A DNA stretch of 64,000 bases from Acidobacteriota bacterium (GTDB lineage: Bacteria; Acidobacteriota; Vicinamibacteria; Vicinamibacterales; CAVVIG01), in the NCBI GenBank assembly GCA_003222395.1, contig QHWB01000051.1, positions 7,452-71,451 on the forward strand, read 5' to 3'. Below, one piece after another: positions 1 to 8,620 of this stretch; within the stretch, counting starts at the first letter, position 1; every line of letters starts with the position of its first letter. Both the position numbers and the translations under genes were made by a program. The notes beneath the pieces are model-generated. The model made no database searches. It was not told where the DNA came from and worked only from the letters and a program-made list of their open reading frames with translations.

Positions 1-1159
1 GGCTGTCGGTCCACGCGCGCACGCGGATCTCGCGCGCGTCGAAGCCGCCGTCCGACCGGATGTACACGGTGGGTTTCCCGCCGACGTCGAAGACGGCCGT
101 GCGCGGAACGTACAACACGTTGTCGAACGCCTGACCGGAGATCGCGATGGCCGCCGAGACGCCGGGACGGACGTCCGGATGTCCGCTGACGTCGAACGCG
201 ATGTCGAACTGGCGCGTGCCGGCGTCGAAGATCCCCCGCGAAGCGACGCCGCTCACCGTCCGTACGGTGCCGCGCAGCTTCGCGTCGGGCAGCGCGTCGA
301 CGGCGACTTCGACCGGTTGACCGGGCGCGACGTTCGCGCGGTCGCGCTCGGGCAGCTTCGCCGTCACCTCGACGCGCGACGAGTCGATCACATCGGCAAT
401 CGGCTGACCGGCGAACGCCGCGTCGCCGACCCGGTAGTCGGGCATCGCGCCGCCGAAATAGATGCCGCCGAACGCCTGGAAATTCGTGCGAATGGTGACG
501 AACCCGTCGAACGGCGCCCGAACATGCAGGCTCTCGATGTTGCGTTCGGCCACCTGCACCGAGAGCCGGGCCTTGTTGCGCTTCTCACGCTGACTGTCGG
601 CCGACGCGTGGATCGTATCGCGATGGGCCTTGACGTCAGCTTCGATCTGCGCGAGGCGCTGCTTCGCTTCCTCGAGCGCCAGCACGTTCTGCTGCGCCTT
701 GATGGCGCTCACGAGCTCGTTCGCCTGCACGTCGAGTTCGGCGCGCCGCACGTCGTAGCGCGCGTGCAGCAGCGCGACTTCATCGTCGCTCTGCTGCACC
801 GCCGCCTGCGCATCGGCCTTGACGATCTCCTGCTCGGCAAGCTGCAGATCGAACCGCGCCTGTTCGAGGTTGAATTCCTGTTCGGCAGCATCGAACTCGA
901 CGACGACGTCGCCGGCTCTCACCGCGGCGCCGGTGTCCGCCAACTGGACGATCTGGAGCTGGCCCCCCATCGGGGGCACGGCAAGCTGCGCCGCGCGCGA
1001 CGAGCGCAGATCGCCGACGGTGTACACCGTCACCTGCACGCGGCCGCGCTGCACATGCGCCGTCGGAATCGCCTTCGGCAGCGCGGGCGCGACTCCACGC
1101 AGCACGGCGATGCCCGCGACGAGCAGCACGACGACTGCGATGAGCCCGTCGCGGATCAT
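1..1159 (-). CDS. HlyD-family periplasmic adaptor (membrane fusion protein), paralog 3; 3' end lies outside window
   Basis: Own reverse-strand translation from ATG 1159; absent from ORF track because the stop lies left of the window. MIRDGLIAVVVLLVAGIAVL anchor, coiled coil (EQARFDLQLAEQEIVKADAQ..), VRAPFDGFV, barrel segments. ATGA overlap with upstream stop at 1156-1159. Confidence 0.8.
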   Translation of the reverse strand, partial: MIRDGLIAVVVLLVAGIAVLRGVAPALPKAIPTAHVQRGRVQVTVYTVGDLRSSRAAQLAVPPMGGQLQIVQLADTGAAVRAGDVVVEFDAAEQEFNLEQARFDLQLAEQEIVKADAQAAVQQSDDEVALLHARYDVRRAELDVQANELVSAIKAQQNVLALEEAKQRLAQIEADVKAHRDTIHASADSQREKRNKARLSVQVAERNIESLHVRAPFDGFVTIRTNFQAFGGIYFGGAMPDYRVGDAAFAGQPIADVIDSSRVEVTAKLPERDRANVAPGQPVEVAVDALPDAKLRGTVRTVSGVASRGIFDAGTRQFDIAFDVSGHPDVRPGVSAAIAISGQAFDNVLYVPRTAVFDVGGKPTVYIRSDGGFDAREIRVRAWTDS

Positions 1160-2400
1160 TTGCCGGCGGCCTCCCCGCCGGGCTCCTTCAAGGCGACCCG
1201 CTCGTTCTCCGCGACGCCCGCGGCGATCGCGATCTGATCGCGACCGCGCCGCAGCACGGTGACCGTGCGCGTCTCGATCCCTCCTCGCGCGACGATGAAG
1301 ACGACCGTCGCCGGTCCGCGCTGGAACACGGCGCCGATCGGCACCACCGCGACGTCTGCCAGCCGATCGAGCTCCACGCGCGCAGATGCGCTCATGCCCG
1401 ATCGCAGCCGAGGATCCACATCGGGGATCGCGACGACGACATCGAAATTGCGGACCGGCGGCCACGTCGTAAAGTCCGGCTTCGCCACGACGGAGATGTC
1501 GCTGAGCGTGCCGTTCAACTCGCGGTCGGGAACCGCATCGACGCGCACGCGGACGCCGCTGCCGGTCTGAACACGTCCGCGATCGGCTTCGTCGACGCGC
1601 GCGGTCATCTGGATCGACGTCAGATCCGGCAGCTCGGCGATCGCCGCGCCGAACCACGCTCGATCGCCGCGCTTGAATTCCGGCGCCGCACGCATGCCGG
1701 GACCGCCCGCGCGGAAGTTGGGCAGAAGCGAAATCGATCCGCCAATGGGCGCACGGACCTGCAGCGACGCGATGATGCGCTCGGTGTCGCGCACGTCGAA
1801 GGCCGCCTTGTCGCGCTTCTGCCGCGCCATGGCGACGTCGGCTGCGGCGGCGATCCGTTCGCCGTCAACTTTCTTCTCGAGCTCGCGGACGTGCGCGTCG
1901 GCATCGGACGCCGCAATCACGTACTTCTCGGCGTCGAGCCGGGCGCGCAGTTCGTTGCCCTGCAGCTCGAGGCGCGCGCGCGCCAACGCCTTCCGGCCTT
2001 CGTCGAGCTCGCTCTGCGCGGCGGCGACGCGGCGGCGCTGCTCGGCCTCCGTCCGCTCGATTTCCGATTCGGCCTGTTTCAGTTCCGAGCGCTTCGTTTC
2101 GAGCGTACGCTGCTGCACCGTCGGATCGAACGTGATGACGACGTCGCCTGCAGATACTCTGGCGCCGTTGGTCGCGAGATCGACGATCTGCAGATCAGTG
2201 CCGGTCGACGGCGCCGTCAGCACCACCGATCGCACGGGACGAATCTCGCCGCGAAGCTGCAGGAAGTCGACGAACGTCGTCTTCGTGACCAGCGCGGTCG
2301 GCAGCGACGACGCCGCGCCGTCGCGCCGCAGCGACGCGACGGCTGCGACCGAGAGCGCGACGACGATCGCGACGGCCAGTATCGCCGTCGGCTTTTTCAT
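1156..2400 (-). CDS. HlyD-family periplasmic adaptor, paralog 2
   Basis: ORF 1156..2817 trimmed to ATG 2400 (MKKPTAILAVAIVVALSVAAV anchor). Long coiled coil (ETKRSELKQAESEIERTEAEQRRR), LQVRAPIGGSI, C-terminal barrel. ATGA overlaps with both neighbours. Confidence 0.85.
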   Translation of the reverse strand: MKKPTAILAVAIVVALSVAAVASLRRDGAASSLPTALVTKTTFVDFLQLRGEIRPVRSVVLTAPSTGTDLQIVDLATNGARVSAGDVVITFDPTVQQRTLETKRSELKQAESEIERTEAEQRRRVAAAQSELDEGRKALARARLELQGNELRARLDAEKYVIAASDADAHVRELEKKVDGERIAAAADVAMARQKRDKAAFDVRDTERIIASLQVRAPIGGSISLLPNFRAGGPGMRAAPEFKRGDRAWFGAAIAELPDLTSIQMTARVDEADRGRVQTGSGVRVRVDAVPDRELNGTLSDISVVAKPDFTTWPPVRNFDVVVAIPDVDPRLRSGMSASARVELDRLADVAVVPIGAVFQRGPATVVFIVARGGIETRTVTVLRRGRDQIAIAAGVAENERVALKEPGGEAAGK

Positions 2401-3389
2401 CGGCGATCCTCCAGCACGTCTATCGCCGCCGCGAGATCCGGCATCAGATGCGGATCGCTGCCGTCGATGCTGAACACCGCCAGGAACGTCCGGACGCGGT
2501 TCGACATCGTGCTGATGGCGCCGATCTGCGACAGCTGCTCGAGCCGCCCCGTGAACGTGCGCGTCGGATACGAGTCGAGGGTGATGCGCGCTGACTGACC
2601 GACGCGAAGCCCCGAGACGTCGGCCTGGTTCACGCGAACCCGGACGCGCATGGCCGACGAGTCGATCACGTCCATGATGCCGAGCCCGGAACGCACTTCT
2701 TCGCCTTCCTGCACTTCGCCCATCGTGCCGTTCTTCCATGTCGACTTGAGCACGACCATGCCGTCGATCGGCGAGACGACGCGCATCTTGGCGGCGTTGC
2801 TCTCCGCGTGCTTCCACGCATTCATGGCGCGATCGCGCTGAATCTCCAGCCCGCGCACGTCGGCGGTGTCGGCTTTGCGTCTGAGCTCGAACGTGCGGCG
2901 CAGTTGTTCGAGCCTGGCGCGCGCCTCATCGAGCGATAGCCGGTTCTGTTCGGCGGTGATTGGAGGAGAGATGTCGTTCTTCGCCACCTCGAGCTCGGCG
3001 CTCCTCACGGCGTTCTTCGCCATCTCGAGCTCGGCTTCGCCGTGCGCGCTGGCGGTGATCTGCTCGCCGCGCTTGCGGTTGATCTGCTCGACGAAGTCGC
3101 GGTACTCGGCCTGGCGATCGTGCGCATTCTTGATTTGAGCCTGGCGATCGAACTCGATCAGAAGGTCGCCGCGCGTCACGCGTGTGCCGGGCTTGACCAG
3201 CCGAACGATGACCAGCGTCCCCGTGCCCGAACCGGCGAGTCGGGGCACGACGACGGGGTGACTCCGGAGGGGCTCGATGGAGCCCTGCAGGCGCAGCGCT
3301 GAAGCGCCATTCGCCTCCACGGTACCGGAGACCGTTGCGACGAGCGCGCCGACGAGAACAACGACGAGCGCGCAGATGCGCCACGCCAT
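2397..3389 (-). CDS. HlyD-family periplasmic adaptor, paralog 1 (first gene of trio)
   Basis: ORF 2397..3881 trimmed to ATG 3389 (MAWRICALVVVLVGALVATV). VKPGTRVTRGDLLIEFD lipoyl-like hairpin, coiled coil, VVSPIDGMVV, barrel. Confidence 0.85.
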   Translation of the reverse strand: MAWRICALVVVLVGALVATVSGTVEANGASALRLQGSIEPLRSHPVVVPRLAGSGTGTLVIVRLVKPGTRVTRGDLLIEFDRQAQIKNAHDRQAEYRDFVEQINRKRGEQITASAHGEAELEMAKNAVRSAELEVAKNDISPPITAEQNRLSLDEARARLEQLRRTFELRRKADTADVRGLEIQRDRAMNAWKHAESNAAKMRVVSPIDGMVVLKSTWKNGTMGEVQEGEEVRSGLGIMDVIDSSAMRVRVRVNQADVSGLRVGQSARITLDSYPTRTFTGRLEQLSQIGAISTMSNRVRTFLAVFSIDGSDPHLMPDLAAAIDVLEDRR

Positions 3390-3429
3390 GCTGAATGATA
3401 GACGCCGCCGCGCGTGAAATGGATGGCCG

Positions 3430-5508
3430 CTAGGAGGAAAAAAATGCCGCGACGCGCGCGAGGTCGTGCACGACCGGCGCGGGCGGCAGCGAGGCGACGA
3501 AGCGGCGTCCGTATCCTTTCGTACGAATCCTCGGGTCGAGCACGACGAGGACGCCGCGGTCGCGGCGGTGACGGATGAGGCGGCCGAGCCCCTGCTGCAG
3601 TGCAAGGACGGCGAGCGGCACCTGGTAATCGCCGAACGCGTCGCCGCCGCGGGCGCGGATCGATTCGATGCGCGCCGCGGTGATCGGATCGGCCGGCGAC
3701 GCGAACGGCAGCTTGTCGACGATGACGCAGCTGAGCGCTTCACCGACGACGTCGACGCCCTGCCAGAAGCTCGACGTCGCGAACAGTACCGCATGCGGCG
3801 TCGCGCGGAACTGCTCCAGCAGCTGCGATCGCGGCAGCGTTCCCTGCGCGAGGATGGGATAGTCGAGCGCCATCTCGGCAATCGCCTGCACGGCGCGCAT
3901 GCTCGCGTAGCTCGTGAAGAGGACGAACGCGCGCCCCTGCGTACGCTTCAGAATTTCGATCACCTCGCGCCCGGCCGCCGTCGCGAAGGCGTCCGACCGC
4001 GGGTCCGGCATCCTCGGCGGCAGATAGAGGATGGCCTGCCGCTCGAAATCGAATTCCGACGGCAGCCGAATCTCGTCGGCCTCGCGGATGCCGAGCCGCG
4101 AGCGAATGTACTCGAACGTGCCATCGACGCTCAGCGTCGCGGACGTCAACACCGTCGTGTGCATCTTGTCCAGCAGGACCTCGCGCACGATCCTGGACAC
4201 GTCTATCGGCGCGGCGCGAAGAAAGATCCCGCGGCCGCGAAACTCGACGAAATAGACGTACTCCGCGTCGTCGGCCCGCAGGAAGATCCGCAGCTCGTCG
4301 CGCAGCTCGCGCGCCCGCCGCGCCAGAGCGGCGACATCCTCCCGCCGCTGCGCCTCGGCGTCGTCGTCCCCGCCGCCGGCCGCAGCAGCAGCGGCGTCCT
4401 GCTTTAGCCGGACTCCAATCAACAGCGTCAGCGTTGCTTCGACGAGATCGAGCGCGCTCGTGAGATCCGCCGCTGATTCCTGCGTCTCAACCAGCGACTC
4501 CGTTGTTGCGCGTACCCTCTCTTCGCTCCTGATCGAGCCGGTCGCTCGATGCGCGAACGCCACGTCGCTGAAGAAGGCGCGCGCGTAATCGCGCAGCCGT
4601 TCCACCGTCTTCGCGACGTCCTCTTTCGCCTTGCGGTCGTTCCCGACGATGATGAACAGCGATCGCTCGATGTCGCGCGCGAGCTCCTCGAAGCGGTAAT
4701 TGCTGACGCTGTATCCGAAGTACTGCGTCGCCACGTCCTCGAGCTGATGCGCCTCGTCGACAATCGCACGGCTGCACGCCGGGATCACTTCGCCGTACGC
4801 GTTCTGGCGAACCGCCGCGTCGGCGCAGAGCAGGTGGTGGTTGACGATGACCACGTCGGATGCGGCGGCGCGCTGGCGCATCTTCGTGACGAAGCACTCG
4901 TCGTAGCGCGGGCATTCCGTCCCAAGGCACGTTTCCGCGGTCGCGGCGACGTCGCTCCAGAACGGCAGGTCCTCCGGAAGGTCTGTCAGCTCCGCGCGAT
5001 CGCCGGTCTCGGTCTCCGTCGACCAGCGCCGGATAATCGGCAGGAATACGTTCTCAGCCACCATGCCGGTTCGCGCATCGCCGGCAAGCTGATCGAGCTT
5101 GTGAAGACAGAGGTAGTTCGCGCGCCCTTTCATGCAGGTCGCGGTGAACGGAACGCCGAGCGCGCCGCGCAGCAGCGGAACGTCTTTGAAGAAAATCTGT
5201 TCCTGGAGGTTCTTCGTGCCGGTCGAGACGAGGACGCGTTCGCGGCTCAGAATCGCGGGGACGAGATACGCGAGCGTCTTGCCGGTTCCAGTTCCTGCTT
5301 CGGCGAGCAGCACGCCGCCGCGCTCGAAGACTTTTGCGACGGCCGACGCCATTTCCACCTGCCCGGCGCGCGGCTCGAAGTCGGGAAGGGCGCGCGCGAG
5401 AGGACCCCTCAGGCCGAACGTCGTCCGAACTGCCTCGACGCGATCGGCAACGCTCGCATGTGCGGCGCCCTGCGGGCCTATTCGGGGTACAGCGGGAACT
5501 TCCGGCAC
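3430..5508 (-). CDS. dinG: DinG/XPD-like ATP-dependent DNA helicase with FeS-cluster insert
   Basis: Walker [20 protein letters not shown] box [10 protein letters not shown], four-Cys insert ([14 protein letters not shown]). The only nearby in-frame start is GTG 5508, overlapping the glyA 3' end by 31 nt; start uncertain. Confidence 0.8.
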   Translation of the reverse strand: MPEVPAVPRIGPQGAAHASVADRVEAVRTTFGLRGPLARALPDFEPRAGQVEMASAVAKVFERGGVLLAEAGTGTGKTLAYLVPAILSRERVLVSTGTKNLQEQIFFKDVPLLRGALGVPFTATCMKGRANYLCLHKLDQLAGDARTGMVAENVFLPIIRRWSTETETGDRAELTDLPEDLPFWSDVAATAETCLGTECPRYDECFVTKMRQRAAASDVVIVNHHLLCADAAVRQNAYGEVIPACSRAIVDEAHQLEDVATQYFGYSVSNYRFEELARDIERSLFIIVGNDRKAKEDVAKTVERLRDYARAFFSDVAFAHRATGSIRSEERVRATTESLVETQESAADLTSALDLVEATLTLLIGVRLKQDAAAAAAGGGDDDAEAQRREDVAALARRARELRDELRIFLRADDAEYVYFVEFRGRGIFLRAAPIDVSRIVREVLLDKMHTTVLTSATLSVDGTFEYIRSRLGIREADEIRLPSEFDFERQAILYLPPRMPDPRSDAFATAAGREVIEILKRTQGRAFVLFTSYASMRAVQAIAEMALDYPILAQGTLPRSQLLEQFRATPHAVLFATSSFWQGVDVVGEALSCVIVDKLPFASPADPITAARIESIRARGGDAFGDYQVPLAVLALQQGLGRLIRHRRDRGVLVVLDPRIRTKGYGRRFVASLPPAPVVHDLARVAAFFSS

Positions 5509-6743
5509 AACGCCTCGACCTCGGCGCGGACCATACCGAGTGCCTGATCGTCGTCGGGGCTCTTGAGCGCGCGCGCGATCAGCTCGCCGACGATTTCCAT
5601 TTCCGGTTCGCGCATGCCGCGCGTCGTGACCGCGGGCGTGCCGATGCGGACGCCGCTCGCGACCATCGGCGGATTCTGATCGAACGGAATGGCGTTCTTG
5701 TTGACCGTGATCGCCGCTTTGCCGAGCGCCGCCTCCGCAACCTTGCCCGTGATGCCCTTCGAGAAGACGTCGACGAGCATCAGGTGAGTATCGGTGCCGC
5801 CGCTGACGAGACGGAAGCCGCTCGCGGTGAGCACTCCCGCGAGCTTCTTCGCGTTTGCCGCGATCTGGCGCTGGTAGTCGGCAAACGCCGGCTCCGCCGC
5901 TTCCTTGAAGCACACGGCCTTGGCCGCGATGATGTGCACCAGCGGCCCGCCCTGCACGCCGGGGAACACGTTCTTGTCGAGCTCCTTGGCGTACTGCTCG
6001 CGGCACAGCACCATGCCCGCCCTCGGGCCGCGCAGCGTTTTGTGCGTCGTCGTCGACACGAAATCGGAGTGGGGGATCGGGCTCGGATGCACGCCCGCGG
6101 CGACGAGACCGGCAATGTGCGCCATGTCGGTCACGACCGCGGCGCCGACGCGGTCGGCGGCGCGGCGGATCCGCGCGAAGTCGATGACGCGCGGATAGGC
6201 GCTCGCACCGACCATGATCATCTTCGGCTTGTGCTGGTCCGCGAGGCGATCGAGCTCGTCGTAGTCGATCCGCTCGTCATCCTTCTTCACGCCGTACGGA
6301 ACGATCGTGTACAGCTTGCCCGAGAAGTTCAGCGGATGGCCGTGCGTCAGGTGGCCGCCGTGCGCGAGATTCATGCCGAGAACGGTATCGCCCGGCTTCA
6401 GCAGCGTGAAGTACACCGCCATGTTGGCCTGCGCACCGGAGTGCGGCTGCACGTTGGCATGATCGGCGCCGAACAGCGCCTTCGCGCGCGAGATGGCGGC
6501 GCGCTCGACCACGTCGACGTACTCGCAGCCGCCGTAATAGCGGCGTCCCGGATACCCCTCGGCGTACTTGTTCGTGAATACCGATCCGGCAGCTTCCAGA
6601 ATCGCGCGGCTGACGAAGTTCTCGGATGCGATCAGCTCGAGGCCGTGATTCTGCCGCCGCAGCTCGTCCGCGATCGCGCCGGCGATCTCGGGGTCCGTTT
6701 CGCGCAGCGTGCGCCACATTGCGGGAGTCGTTTGTGTCGTCAT
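5478..6743 (-). CDS. glyA: serine hydroxymethyltransferase
   Basis: 421 aa; LIASENF, PLP-lysine region [14 protein letters not shown], full-length SHMT architecture. Confidence 0.97.
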   Translation of the reverse strand: MTTQTTPAMWRTLRETDPEIAGAIADELRRQNHGLELIASENFVSRAILEAAGSVFTNKYAEGYPGRRYYGGCEYVDVVERAAISRAKALFGADHANVQPHSGAQANMAVYFTLLKPGDTVLGMNLAHGGHLTHGHPLNFSGKLYTIVPYGVKKDDERIDYDELDRLADQHKPKMIMVGASAYPRVIDFARIRRAADRVGAAVVTDMAHIAGLVAAGVHPSPIPHSDFVSTTTHKTLRGPRAGMVLCREQYAKELDKNVFPGVQGGPLVHIIAAKAVCFKEAAEPAFADYQRQIAANAKKLAGVLTASGFRLVSGGTDTHLMLVDVFSKGITGKVAEAALGKAAITVNKNAIPFDQNPPMVASGVRIGTPAVTTRGMREPEMEIVGELIARALKSPDDDQALGMVRAEVEALCRKFPLYPE

Positions 6744-6755
6744 AAGCTCGCTCGG

Positions 6756-6861
6756 CTGAAGCCTTCGCGCTACATCGTGGCGCGGCCCGTTCAGTGTGGC
6801 GCGGTCCGTTCAGTGTGACGCGGTCCGTTCAGTGTCGTGGCGCGGCCCTCTCAGGGCCGCG
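6756..6861. repeat. REP-like cluster: CTGAAGCCTTCGCGCTAC (6756-6773), 19-nt unit GGCGCGGYCCGTTCAGTGT x3 (6779-6835), palindrome GCGGCCC-TCTCA-GGGCCGC (6842-6860)
   Basis: Read directly. The rpiB stop codon (6851-6853) lies in the palindrome loop. A near-identical palindrome is at 39131-39156. Confidence 0.85.
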
Positions 6862-7297
6862 ATCGTTCCGCTTCGGCGATCTGATCGATCCGACGCTGAT
6901 GGCGCCCGCCTTCGAACTTCGTGGTCAGCCACAGCGACAGGATTTCATCCGCCAGGCCGAAGGCGACGATGCGGCCACCCATCGAGAGGATGTTCGCATC
7001 GTTGTGTTCGCGCGAGAGCCGCGCCGTGTAGAGATCGTTGCAGAGCGCGGCTCGGATGCCCGCGACCTTGTTCGCTGCGATCTGTTCGCCTTGCCCGCTG
7101 CCGCCGACGACGATGCCGCGGTCGGCGCGGCCATCGGCGACCGCGCGCGCGACGTCGATGCAAATCGGCGGATAGTCGACCGCCGCGTCGCCGTCGGTGC
7201 CGTGATCGTCGACGGCATGTCCGAGCTTCGCGAGTGTCTGCTTGAGATGTTCCTTCAGCGCGAAGCCCGCATGGTCGGCGCCGATGGCGATTCGCAC
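6851..7297 (-). CDS. rpiB: ribose-5-phosphate isomerase B
   Basis: 148 aa, (M)RIAIGADHAGFALK.., GIVVGGSGQGEQIAANK, RpiB/LacA/LacB family; GTG start. Confidence 0.92.
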   Translation of the reverse strand: MRIAIGADHAGFALKEHLKQTLAKLGHAVDDHGTDGDAAVDYPPICIDVARAVADGRADRGIVVGGSGQGEQIAANKVAGIRAALCNDLYTARLSREHNDANILSMGGRIVAFGLADEILSLWLTTKFEGGRHQRRIDQIAEAERSRP

Positions 7298-7320
7298 GAG
7301 CAGCGATTGTACTATACGGT

Positions 7321-7456
7321 TTCACACAGCTATCGGCTCTCGGCTCTCAGCTCTCAGCTCTCAGCTGTCAGCTGATTCACACAGCTATCGGCTCTCAGCT
7401 GATAGCCGATAGCTGAAAGCTGATAGCTGAAAGCTGATAGCTGAAAGCTGATAGCT
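7321..7456. repeat. unit-repeat hairpin, AGCTGATAGCTGAAAGC family (copy 1)
   Basis: Left arm CAGCTATCGGCTCTCGGCTCTCAGCTCTCAGCTCTCAGCTGTCAGCTGA. Right arm CAGCTGATAGCCGATAGCTGAAAGCTGATAGCTGAAAGCTGATAGCTGAAAGCTGATAGCTG. TTCACACAGCTATCGGCTCT occurs twice (7321, 7375). Ends at the rlmI start. Confidence 0.85.
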
Positions 7457-7459
7457 GTG

Positions 7460-8620
7460 ATGCCGAGCGTCGTCATTTCCGCGCGCGGTGAAGAGCGTCT
7501 GCACGGCGGCCATCCGTGGATCTATCGCGCCGATGTCGCCGACGTGCAGGCGTCGGGCGGCGACATCGTGCAGGTGCGCAGCCGGCGCGGCGGCCGTCCG
7601 CTCGGCAGCGCGCTGTTCAGCGATCGATCCCAGATTTCGCTGCGGATGCTGGCGTACGGCGATCACGTTGCCGACGAAACGCTCGTGCGCCGGCGCCTCG
7701 ACGCGGCCATCCGGTTTCGCGCGTCGCTCGAAATCGACGCGACCGCCTATCGCCTCGTCCATGGCGAGGCGGATCTCCTTCCGTCGCTCATCGTCGATCG
7801 ATACGGTGAGCATCTGGTCGTGCAGGCGCTGTCCCAGGGGATGGATCGACTGCTGCCGGTCGTCGTCTCGACGCTCGAGGAGCTCCTTCATCCGAAAGGC
7901 ATCCTCGCGCGAAACGATCCGCGCGCGCGTCAGCTCGAAGGGCTCGAACAGCGGGTCGAGGTGCTCGCCGGCGACGTGCCGGAGACGGTCATGGTGACGG
8001 AAGTCGGAATCGACTACGACGTCGATCTTCGCCGGGGACAGAAGACGGGGCTGTTTCTCGATCAACGCGAGAATCGCGCGGCCGCGGCGGCTTACGCGCG
8101 GGGCCGGCTGCTCGACTGTTTCAGCTACAACGGCGGATTCGCGCTCGTGCTGGGACGGCGCAGCCAGGAGACGATTGCGATCGACGTGTCGGAAGACGCG
8201 GTGGCGCGCGTCCGGCGGAATGCCGCGCGGAACGGCGTCGCCGTCGACGCGCGCGTCGGCAACGTGTTCGACGAGCTCCGCGGCTTCGAACGGACCGCCG
8301 AGCGCTTCGATACGATCGTGCTCGATCCGCCGGCGTTCGCGAAGAACAAGGCGGCGGTCTCCGGCGCGCTGGCCGGCTACAAGGAGATCAACCTGCGCGC
8401 GCTGAAGCTGCTCAATCCCGGCGGCACGCTCGTCACGTGCAGCTGTTCGTACAACGTCAACGAAGCGATGTTCGCCGAAATCGTCTACGATGCGGCCGTC
8501 GACGCGCAGACGCACGTCACTGTCGTCGAGAAGCGGATGCAGGGGCGCGACCATCCGGTGATGCTCGGCGTTCCCGAAACGTACTATTTGAAATGCTTCA
8601 TCCTACGAAAGCTCGCGTGA
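7460..8620 (+). CDS. rlmI: 23S rRNA m5C methyltransferase RlmI-like (PUA + class I SAM MTase)
   Basis: GHPWIYRADV PUA-like N-term, LDCFSYNGGFAL, IVLDPPAFAK SAM-MTase motifs. ATG 7460 preferred over adjacent GTG 7457. Confidence 0.85.
   Translation: MPSVVISARGEERLHGGHPWIYRADVADVQASGGDIVQVRSRRGGRPLGSALFSDRSQISLRMLAYGDHVADETLVRRRLDAAIRFRASLEIDATAYRLVHGEADLLPSLIVDRYGEHLVVQALSQGMDRLLPVVVSTLEELLHPKGILARNDPRARQLEGLEQRVEVLAGDVPETVMVTEVGIDYDVDLRRGQKTGLFLDQRENRAAAAAYARGRLLDCFSYNGGFALVLGRRSQETIAIDVSEDAVARVRRNAARNGVAVDARVGNVFDELRGFERTAERFDTIVLDPPAFAKNKAAVSGALAGYKEINLRALKLLNPGGTLVTCSCSYNVNEAMFAEIVYDAAVDAQTHVTVVEKRMQGRDHPVMLGVPETYYLKCFILRKLA

Noticed and set aside
5478-5508. 31-nt overlap between the glyA 3' end and the proposed helicase GTG start, considered as possible recoding or frameshift.
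   Set aside because: It is simply the only in-frame start upstream of the conserved helicase N-terminus. Ordinary overlap or a rarer start codon is more likely than recoding.
7416-7457. CRISPR-like appearance of the short tandem arrays (also 20609-20657, 34961-35006, 6779-6835).
   Set aside because: Units are 6-19 nt and directly abutting with no unique spacers. No cas genes are present. These are tandem or hairpin repeats, not CRISPR.
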